Shown here piece by piece: positions 53,424 through 64,000 of a DNA stretch of 64,000 nucleotides. The DNA lies in assembly GCF_001194135.2 (NCBI RefSeq), contig NC_068985.1, positions 124,057,099 to 124,121,098 of the forward strand, read 5' to 3'. Every line of letters begins with the position of its first letter. The stretch's first letter is position 1. Position numbers and translations under genes: made by a program. This DNA is from Octopus bimaculoides (lineage: Eukaryota). The notes under the pieces were generated by a model. That model saw only the letters and a list, made by a program, of their open reading frames with translations, did no database searches and was not told where the DNA came from.

Positions 53424-54255
53424 CTAGACTACCCGTGACCCATTGGGTCACCGGTAAAGTCTGAGTTTCCCACCAATGCAGTTTTGTTTCGCGGGCTTTT
53501 TTGTCTTGTCCAGATTACTGTGCACGCTTTCAACGACATCGAAATTATGTGTAAGCAGCTCCTTTCCCCAGAAAAGGAAAGATTTGGCTGCTATTTCTGA
53601 CACGTCCTGCTACCACGTAACAGGTATTTCGGGTCCTTTATCGCAAATAGCAGTTACGTGGTAGCAGGGCGGGCTAGAAATAGCAGCAAAATCTTTGGAA
53701 GTGAGATACGTTGAATGCACTCGAAAAAATGCCTATGGAAAAAGATTATTTCACGCCGAGGTTACGAACAGATTTTTACGAAATATCTATGCAAAACAAA
53801 TTTTGTAATAGTATTCACTTGAAAATAATTTTAAAAAGCATTAAAGTATTGTCTTCTTGAAGTAAGCTAAAATATAAATACTTATTGTACAAAAAAAACT
53901 TACATTTTTGAAATCACATTCACTTCAAAATATTTCTAAATGATTAAGATATTTCTAACAAAAGCGAAACCAGAAACATTTACTGTAAAAGAACACATCG
54001 TATATTTTCACGGTTAAGTTATTTTCAGAACCATGTCCCATTATGCACCGTTTTGGGTATTTATACCCCGAAAAAACTTAGTATCTTCACACCTACTTAT
54101 CCGATTTACGCGAGATTTCTTTCATTCCGTTCGTATTTACATTTCAGGTAAAACTTAATTCATAGTATTTTCCCATTACGCATCAGTTTGGTTGAGTAAC
54201 ATTGTAAGCAAGCAAGCAAGAGCAAGATTTAGTTTGACTATTAATGTATTATAGA
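53424..54255 (-). mobile_element. Non-autonomous Helitron of about 830 bp with canonical termini
   Basis: Minus strand starts TCTATAATAC (5'-TC at 54255-54254) and ends GTGACCC-AAT-GGGTCAC hairpin, 7 nt, CTAG (53427-53424), then T. Confidence 0.7.
53578..53696. repeat. 44-bp-arm inverted repeat inside the Helitron
   Basis: 53578-53621 versus the reverse complement of 53653-53696: 39/44 identical; the 31-nt spacer pairs partly (TATTT/AAATA). Confidence 0.92.
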
Positions 54256-54256
54256 C

Positions 54257-54293
<37 letters not shown>

Positions 54294-54302
54294 TACACCC
54301 CC

Positions 54303-54366
<64 letters not shown>

Positions 54367-55120
54367 NNNNNNNNNNNNNNNNNNNNNNNNNNNNNNNNNN
54401 NNNNNNNNNNNNNNNNNNNNNNNNNNNNNNNNNNNNNNNNNNNNNNNNNNNNNNNNNNNNNNNNNNNNNNNNNNNNNNNNNNNNNNNNNNNNNNNNNNNN
54501 NNNNNNNNNNNNNNNNNNNNNNNNNNNNNNNNNNNNNNNNNNNNNNNNNNNNNNNNNNNNNNNNNNNNNNNNNNNNNNNNNNNNNNNNNNNNNNNNNNNN
54601 NNNNNNNNNNNNNNNNNNNNNNNNNNNNNNNNNNNNNNNNNNNNNNNNNNNNNNNNNNNNNNNNNNNNNNNNNNNNNNNNNNNNNNNNNNNNNNNNNNNN
54701 NNNNNNNNNNNNNNNNNNNNNNNNNNNNNNNNNNNNNNNNNNNNNNNNNNNNNNNNNNNNNNNNNNNNNNNNNNNNNNNNNNNNNNNNNNNNNNNNNNNN
54801 NNNNNNNNNNNNNNNNNNNNNNNNNNNNNNNNNNNNNNNNNNNNNNNNNNNNNNNNNNNNNNNNNNNNNNNNNNNNNNNNNNNNNNNNNNNNNNNNNNNN
54901 NNNNNNNNNNNNNNNNNNNNNNNNNNNNNNNNNNNNNNNNNNNNNNNNNNNNNNNNNNNNNNNNNNNNNNNNNNNNNNNNNNNNNNNNNNNNNNNNNNNN
55001 NNNNNNNNNNNNNNNNNNNNNNNNNNNNNNNNNNNNNNNNNNNNNNNNNNNNNNNNNNNNNNNNNNNNNNNNNNNNNNNNNNNNNNNNNNNNNNNNNNNN
55101 NNNNNNNNNNNNNNNNNNNN

Positions 55121-55161
<41 letters not shown>

Positions 55162-56209
55162 ATATATACATAGATACACACATACATTGCGTAATTATAT
55201 TGTATATTGTACATTTTTCCCTTTGAGAAAGTGATGAACAAGAGAGAGCTCGATAAAACTGGAAACAAAATGTTCAAATTTAGCGTAATATCATGATTAT
55301 ATATAAAATATATTACTATAAATACGAACTGATACCTGGAAATAATATCAACCTACATACTGATATATCCGCATAAAATAGTCTATACGTTCTATAAAGA
55401 ATGAATACGAGCTGAAGATATTGAAACAGAAATGTTAATTATTTTCTGAATAACCTCAAGTGTGAGACAATAATAAGCCATTGCCTTTTTTTTTTTTTTT
55501 AGCTGTCCATTTCTGTTATGCACCATTTTGAGTAACTTAACAGCCATTGACTATTTTGTTTTCTCTTTGTAAGATGAGCTAGGACAATAGCTGCACCGAC
55601 AGGAATGGTAACGATTGCATCTAGAACACGTACAACTACAACTGTAATATATCGAAATTTACATCAGCATGCTCTGGAGAAACATCGCAGATAACAATAC
55701 AATAAAACCCCTTAAGAACGAAAGGCAGAGTTGTGATACCAAACAATGACTGTAACAATAGTAAACAACAAATTAGAATCATCAGCAGCGATAGAATCAA
55801 CTACAGAAGAAGCAACAGAGATATTAAGAATAACAGAGGGTTACAACAACTACAGTGGCATCTCGAGCAGCAATACCAGTTTTAAGTTAATAACAGCGAT
55901 ATCAACAGCGTTAGCAAACAGCCATTGCAACAGGAGTCGCAACACTAAATGTCTAATGTCATTCATACCACAGCTACTAGTATTGTTACCAACAACGAGA
56001 ATGAGAAGATCAGTTTAACAAGACCAGTAACACTAAATGTATAATCTTATCTTATCACGACTGCCACCAGTAACATCGTCGCCAAGAACAACATCAAAGA
56101 TAACTGGAATAACTGAAACGCACCAATACGAATATACATACATACATACATACATACATACATACATACATAGATATATACTAAGATACATACATACATA
56201 CACACATAC

Positions 56210-56323
56210 AAAAATACCCTGTTGTTGATGTTGAAATTCCAATGAAGAAGCCTTGGGTCTAGGTTAGAAACCGGTACTTTCTCTATTGGCAAAAAAATCT
56301 TGAAATAAACTGAATAATGAGAT
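56210..56323 (-). repeat. 115-bp dispersed repeat, inverted copy, flanked by (CATA)n
   Basis: Reverse complement matches 31517-31630. Confidence 0.9.
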
Positions 56324-56718
56324 GCATACATGCATACATACATACACAAAAGTACATTTATAACAACAGCGGCAACAACCACAAAAAACAATCCAATATT
56401 CCCAAATCAATATTAGAATGAGAGACCTGAAGAGCGTGATGTTGGTGGCTGAAGTGTCAAAAATAATAAAACACTTCAGTGAATCCATGAGGTACTCGTA
56501 AATGGGGCAGACAAAACATAAAGACAAAGTGAAACAGACTTAAGGGAAAAGGGAGTTATTTTCTTCTTTGGTGTTTCTTCAAACTATTACCCCCATTGTC
56601 ATCGTCATCATCATCATCGTTGTCATCGCTGTTAGTTTTTTACTTTTCCTTTTATTCTTCTTATTCTTGTTCTTATTTTTTCTCCTTCCTATTATATATG
56701 CATTTGTTTCTTTCTCCC

Positions 56719-56793
<75 letters not shown>

Positions 56794-58267
56794 GAGAGAG
56801 AGAGAGAGAGAAGAGGATGAGAGAAAGAGAGAGAGTAAAAGAGAGAAATTGTCACTCTTTTTCTAAAGGAGTTTCAATTTCGAAACATTGGGTTACACTT
56901 CTAACAGCTATATGAATCGTATCCTAATTCTTTTTACCTAGACTGATTTCTACAAATCTCATCGTTATTCGTTTGTCTTTCTGTAACAGAATACACTGAC
57001 CTAACAAGCAGTGGCTTGTGATTTGACTTAACAGAATCACTATTTCCCCAATATTGTGATTCTAAACCGAAAGTGATATCTTACTGACTTTATGTATTAT
57101 GTATACATTTACATCCACTATAATTTGGCAATTAATGCGTAAGAAAAATTGTATAACAAAGCATTGCGTATATGAAACAAAATGATAGAGTGCTGAAAGA
57201 ATCGGAGCAATCACAAATGACTGAATGTATATATGTATATAGAAATATATTTACTATATTCTTTATGGTGTTTTATGTAGTCAATCGAATTACGTTCTCC
57301 TGCATTAATGCATAAATGGCTGAGTTTTCCACAGGTAAGTGTATCTTTAATATAATTAAGAGGCAGAATCAACGAGACAGAGTGCCTAACAAATCTCTAC
57401 TTTTTGAATTACAGGTACATTCAATCCAAAGGGTCTGTCTTCAGTTTCCGTCTCTCTAACTCCATGCAAATTGTATTGATCGAAATCAAAGATACAGAAA
57501 ACGTTGCCACACAATAGAATGGAACCCGAGATTTCATGGTTACGAAGCGAATTTCGTAGCCATTCGCCCGTGCAGTGCTTACGCAAAGCGGAAAACAACT
57601 TAATGTTACTATCGATAATGTGACTTTCTTTCCAAAGTTTTCTACAAGAATTAGATGTTTGATGTTCCAGTACTTGCGGTCTCATTTTATGCAAAAACTT
57701 ATTATTATATAAGCACTTAAATAGAAGACAACACTTGAAGTGAATAACGTCTGTTAGGATCTTAGAAAGTAAGAATATGATTATTTCGAACCGCACAGGT
57801 AGGATGACTTCCCAAACTATTTGTAATATATGCGATTGAACGGAGAATTCAACCCGCCTCATCTCATAAAATATACACGCTGGAGACAGCTAGAATATAA
57901 GGTCACATTTCATTGATAAAAATGTAACAAAGGAAGAAAATAAAAGGGTAGAAATGTTCTTCATATGACATAAGTAGATTAGAATTTTCGTGAATAGCTG
58001 TCGCGAATTAACCCATCATAAACATCCCACCCACGGACTCTCTGTCAAATTTGATGACCATTTAAGTGTGAAAATGACTGACTCGTGCTCTTTCCATCAT
58101 TTTCCTTCTCTCTATACATATATACATTTTTCTGCATGCAATTATCTACTGGTACTTATATGCACGTGTGTTTGCGCATGTGTAGGTTTGTGGAGTTAAT
58201 GTACATTACTTTGTGAATGTGTTTACCTGAATGTTTAGAAAAAGCGAAAGTATTCCGTGATATGCAA

Positions 58268-58304
<37 letters not shown>

Positions 58305-58321
58305 AAGAGAGAGAGAGAGAG

Positions 58322-58352
<31 letters not shown>

Positions 58353-58621
58353 GATAGATAGGTGGCTAGATAGAGAGATACGTGCGTACGTACATACATA
58401 CATACACCCATACATACATATATGTACATTGATATGTATGAATATATACACACATAAAGTCATATAAAAAATACAAACATACATACGTATATATATACAA
58501 GTGTGTGTGTCAGTGTACAGATATGAAAATGAGACTAAATACATATGGGTAAGATACATGGCATATGTTTATTTATTGCATACTCACGCATACACACACA
58601 TCTATTTATACACACACACAC

Positions 58622-58669
<48 letters not shown>

Positions 58670-58673
58670 GTGC

Positions 58674-58704
<31 letters not shown>

Positions 58705-58743
58705 TGTATGTATGTGTGTATATATATATGTGTATGATGTGTA

Positions 58744-58812
<69 letters not shown>

Positions 58813-59508
58813 ATATGTACGTATCAGTGTGTTTCTGTGTTATGTGTGTGTATATATGAGCATATCCCTTGCCTCACAATTATCTACCACAATCATGAGC
58901 AGCAGCATTCTTACTAGCAAATAAATACATAAATACAAGAGACTTTAAAAAATGGGAAAAAAAAATAATACTGAACAGCAGAAAAGAAAACCTAACAGGC
59001 AATACAGTTGGCAATGGAAATCTCGAAGCTTAAGTATAAAAATGAATAAAAGGGGGAAAAAATGACAGTTTTTCCTTGTAAGCTGCAATAACATATCCCA
59101 TCAATCATTGTAGATATTTGGCCGTCAGGAAATAATTTCAATGAAAATTCTAGATTTGCAATGACAATTTATAAATTTATAAAATAAGTTTATAAAACCT
59201 TCATTTTCTATGAATAAATGTAATAAATACTTACGTGTGGTGTGCATGAAAAAAAAACAACAATTGCAAAAATCAGACACATTTGCATACACAGTATGCA
59301 AGCCACTCATATAGAATAGTGCATTACTCATATGTGCGTGCCTGTATTTACATATGTATGTATGTATGTATAAAGCAGACTAAAACCAGAGTACATTGAA
59401 TAAATATATATTCTATAACATGCATAAAGTGTTTCTCTTCCTGCATTTATAGATACACACAGTTACATTCATAAATATATAGAGATACATTCATATATAT
59501 ATATATAC

Positions 59509-59935
59509 TAGGTTGTTCCGAAAATAATGGCCGCTCTAAGTGTTCTGTTTTGAAACGTAATTTTATCACAGTATTTTAATTATACTTTTGGTGACTTTCG
59601 ACATACTTAATAATTGACGTATGCTCTTTAATAATTTTCTACTTATTTCAGGGAGAAAACATTCTTGAAGCGTAGGCACCCTTAATTATGAGCATGACAA
59701 AAAAGGACCTTCGCTTACTTTTCTTGCAGGAGTTCAAGCTTCGGCGCAATGCCTCCGAAACTGCTGCCAGTATCAACAAAGCAAAGGGTAAGGGGTCCAC
59801 AAGTGATCGCACAATACGAAGGTGGTTTCAGAAATTCCGTAGTGGTGATGAGATCATTCAAGATGAAAAAGATAGAGGACGGTCATGCAGTCTTGACAAC
59901 GAACAACTGAAAACAACTGTTGAACAAAATCCACA
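59509..59935 (+). mobile_element. 5' end of an Hsmar1/cecropia-like mariner (TIR plus HTH region)
   Basis: TAGGTTGTTCCGAAAATAATGG resembles the Hsmar1 TIR. ORF MSMTKKDLRLLFLQEFKLRRNASETAASINKA.G.GSTSDRTIRRWFQKFRSGD...DRGRS...LKTTVEQNP, then truncated by simple repeats. Confidence 0.9.
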
Positions 59936-59979
59936 AACACACGCACACATATACATACATGCATAAAAACACACTCTTA

Positions 59980-60020
<41 letters not shown>

Positions 60021-60038
60021 ATATATATAAGTATTTAT

Positions 60039-60069
<31 letters not shown>

Positions 60070-60754
60070 ATATACATACATACATACATACATATATACA
60101 TGTATATATATATATATANNNNNNNNNNNNNNNNNNNNNNNNNNNNNNNNNNNNNNNNNNNNNNNNNNNNNNNNNNNNNNNNNNNNNNNNNNNNNNNNNN
60201 NNNNNNNNNNNNNNNNNNNNNNNNNNNNNNNNNNNNNNNNNNNNNNNNNNNNNNNNNNNNNNNNNNNNNNNNNNNNNNNNNNNNNTATCAATTTATTAAT
60301 TTATTTACAAATAGAATATCATACCGATGAGGAAATGGAGTGTTATCGCTCCTAAGCCAGAAACGCGTCTATGATTAACTTCGACTGGTTAGTTTTCATT
60401 GTTTTTTCTTCTTGTTTTGCCTTTGTGAGTTACAAGTAATGCTATCTGTTGGAGTCTCAGCTTTTTAGCTGCTATTTCTGAACTTCGGTATGTGGTGAAG
60501 CAACTGTTTACTGATCCCTTAATTATGTTTATAAATATATATATATATATATGTGTATATGTGTATATATATATATATACACACACACACACATGTATTA
60601 GTGTGTGTTTGTGTGTGGGGGTGCATATCAATTGCTGTCAAAGACACAGTATTTCGTTTTGCAAGTATAATACACTGCCAAATATATTACATGTTTACAG
60701 GTCAATATTGTATTAGCAGAGCGATATTTTTTCTCTCTTTTATGGTTATCTCTG

Positions 60755-60866
60755 TAGAAGTCAGAGCCAGCACTGCAAGTTACGACCTTTCGTATGCAAA
60801 TACGTCTATGCGAAGAATGTTGGTTACGATACTTCGTAACTTGTGATGCTGGTATACTGACTTCTA
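60755..60866. repeat. Imperfect inverted repeat (31/33-nt arms)
   Basis: TAGAAGTCAG-AG-CCAGCA-CTG-CAAGTTACGA pairs with TCGTAACTTG-TGA-TGCTGG-TATA-CTGACTTCTA. Confidence 0.85.
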
Positions 60867-61115
60867 TACAAAATCTATAGAAGTAAACATAAAACTGATG
60901 TCTGTGTGCGCGCGTGCACACCATCACCATTAAATTAGAGCTAACCACCGATTAAAGAAAACAAAAGACATCAGAGCGTAGATATTATATGTGTGTGTGT
61001 GTGTGTGTATGCGTGTGTGTGCGTGTGTGTACGTGTATGTGTGTGTCTGCGCATGTATAAAGAAACATATATATGCATTTATACATATATGTATACACAC
61101 GTATATATACATATA

Positions 61116-61170
<55 letters not shown>

Positions 61171-63369
61171 TTGTCCTATTGAATGGGGCAAGATTGCTTT
61201 ACGACGTGAGACAAATTTGATTGTCGTTACGAAGTCATTATAGAAAACCATTATCTGAAGATTGCTTTTAATCCTAGACTTATTTTATGGCCATTTCACA
61301 CAAACACTACCAGTCATGACTACTTTAATTTTTAAACTCCTCATTAATAAGTCAGGTTGCATTACTAGTAATGAGAATATATCAAAGGGCAATAATTAAG
61401 CAAAGTAATGACGTTTTTCGTTGTTTCTTTTTTTATTAATTTTTTTTCTGTTTTTTGTTTGTCAGTACTAAATATTTTGACCTTTAAACCTACTTTCGCA
61501 CTTTATAGAGCATATATTCCTTTCGGTGTAAATGTCATTTTAAAGCTATAAGTGTGCAGTGGAGGTTTAAAATCTCTGTGTGTTACGATTTGTTGCATCT
61601 TGCAAGTATCAACACATTCTGAAATCAGTCAGAATCTCTATAAACGTCACTTGATTATACGGAAACTTCTCATTCGTGTCATGGAAGTTTACGACAGGCT
61701 ATGAGCTAACTGATCACAAACACACCTCTGATATTGGAGCTGTGCCCATCGAGGTGTACTTATGTCCTATAGGCTCTAAAACGTTTTGGAACATTATAAG
61801 ATCCACTAATCCAATCGAGCTAGCTGAGGATAGAGGATAGAGGAGTCGAAGTACTCCTGAACAAACAACTCGACAAAAATAAACCTTACCAATATAGACA
61901 AAGATAAACGGAAAACAAGTTCATATTTGAGTGCACAGTTTGCAAAATTCTGGAGATGAAAACTATGTTTTCCAAAGTGTCCCTCCTTTCATAAAACAGT
62001 GGAGTCGGTTTGAGGGAGTTTCACCAACAATTTTTAGTAAGTCTCGGAACTAGATTAAAGATGCTTCTTTGAATTTTATAATAAACTGTTTAAAATGACG
62101 ATTGAAGTTGGCAGTATTTGCCAGTCCTTCTTCATGATTTCGTACCATGTATCTTACAGCGAAGAAACTAAGTTGCTAAGCTATTGGTATTGATAACCAA
62201 TACAGCTACTACCAATGTGCTGAGGAATATTGATTTATTGCTAAAAGAAAATTCCTACACCATATTTCTTTCTTTATTCGTACATTACTCTATCTAACTT
62301 TCTTTACAACGCCGTTAGAACACATAGTCTCTTATATCCCAAGGTAGTTGTAACTTCCATTGTCCGAAGTTGTAGTTATTGAAAGCCCATTAATAGTGAG
62401 GTTATGCTGCTGATCTATACTCTTCATTCGATTAACCGAAATAAATGAACATTTGTTCCGGCCAAAATTCCATTCTTTTGCTAAGATGTGAAATTACATT
62501 TTCTCCATATTTTAGTTTCATTTACGTTAGTGACAACTACTATCGGCCTATCAATTATAAAAGCCATGGGAAGTATTGGTTTTATATGAGAACGAAAGAG
62601 TGTGTACTCTCGATATTCTTAAATAGAGAGGCTGGAGGTTGTAATGTCAGATTTGCATCAGCAAAAGAGGGCACTTACAATATTATTCAGGAAAGCTTTA
62701 TGGCGTCAAAGACGATTCTTGCGTCCTGTATATTACTTCCGGGGAACCAAAAGTCGACAGATTTTGTCAGTTGTTAAATGCAATAACCATGCTTCAGTCA
62801 GTCACTTCTTTCTCCCTCTCTCTGATTCTTTGCAAACACACACACACACACACACATACACACACGTATATCATATATACACACATACACATACATATAT
62901 ACACGTTAAAACAGTCTTATGATGGCAAACCACACAGCCGACTCTCTAAAGCAATTATCAACTATTTCTTTGTAATAAATGTATATATATATATATATAT
63001 NNNNNNNNNNNNNNNNNNNNNNNNNNNNNNNNNNNNNNNNNNNNNNNNNNNNNNNNNNNNNNNNNNNNNNNNNNNNNNNNNNNNNNNNNNNNNNNNNNNN
63101 NNNNNNNNNNNNNNNNNNNNNNNNNNNNNNNNNNNNNNNNNNNNNNNNNNNNNNNNNNNNNNNNNNNNNNNNNNNNNNNNNNNNNNNNNNNNNNNNNNNN
63201 NNNNNNNNNNNNNNNNNNNNNNNNNNNNNNNNNNNNNNNNNNNNNNNNNNNNNNNNNNNNNNNNNNNNNNNNNNNNNNNNNNNNNNNNNNNNNNNNNNNN
63301 NNNNNNNNNNNNNNNNNNNNNNNNNNNNNNNNNNNNATATATATATATATACATGATCACATAACACTT

Positions 63370-63520
63370 GCAAAATCATGTGTGGGGTATCTCCATGGAA
63401 TGGGAGTAGATGTTTTCAAGAAAAAAAATGACCTCTTGCTATCCAAGGTCCCAGATGAACTAAGGCAGGAAATTCAAAACAAGGCAGCAGTGTCGAACTC
63501 TATCCTTCACGAAAAGTCAA
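63370..63520 (+). mobile_element. CR1-like LINE 3' end relic
   Basis: GVDVFKKKNDLLLSKVPDELRQEIQNKAAVSNSILH, homologous to the end of the 32-33 kb element. Confidence 0.7.
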
Positions 63521-64000
63521 TCACATAAGAGATTGACCATTTAATAGGTGATAATACTGGCGGTGTCTCTGCTTGACCACAGCCTTATGGCTGGAACGTA
63601 TAAAATAATAAAAGAATATATATGTATGTATGTATAAGGTCAAAATAATCAAAGTTCCTTTCGAGCCATACGTCCGGATTTTGTGGAGCTGTATTATTTT
63701 TTAGTATCAGCCTTTTCTATCAGCTTGAATTTGTGGCATTCATGCACCCTTAACAGATCATCAAACGCTATATTATTCCATATTCATCTAAAGTCAAGTA
63801 CATTTCAACGTATGCGGAAAGCATCGGGTAGTATGTTTTCAAGAAGTGGTGCTAATTGTTCCACCCAAATGTATATGTGTGCTTATGCTTATACACCTTT
63901 AGATACATATATATTAGGTATATTTAAATTAGCTACATATAATAATGCGTATGAACATTCACATGCGTCCATATGTGTATATATATATATATATATATAT

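Noticed and set aside
62445-62777. 110-aa plus ORF
   Set aside because: No recognisable motif or donor site; consistent with chance.

Overview
AT-rich, microsatellite-saturated eukaryotic DNA with about 17 N-gaps, most of which open or close in a (TA)n or other simple repeat, as expected from a short-read draft assembly. The SINE families and the (TA)n/(TACA)n/(TAGA)n load most resemble a coleoid cephalopod (Octopus-type) genome; that is pattern recognition, not a database match. I find no host gene I can name, and no rRNA, true tRNA or CRISPR array. Almost all long ORFs in the supplied track are artefacts of microsatellites or N-runs. The window is best read as intergenic or intronic DNA made of decayed mobile elements. 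Non-LTR relics: RTE, CR1-like, three R4/Dong-type (RLE) pieces, Penelope, and a zinc-knuckle ORF1. DNA transposons: five IS630-Tc1-mariner fragments. Also several tRNA-derived SINE families and two non-autonomous Helitron-like elements with hairpin+CTAG ends. The items most worth follow-up are the TE-microsatellite coupling (R4/Dong with (TAA)n, Helitrons with (TA)n, a 115-bp element in (TATG)n), three long fold-back hairpins, and a weak chain of frame-compatible candidate exons at 28.9-35.9 kb.
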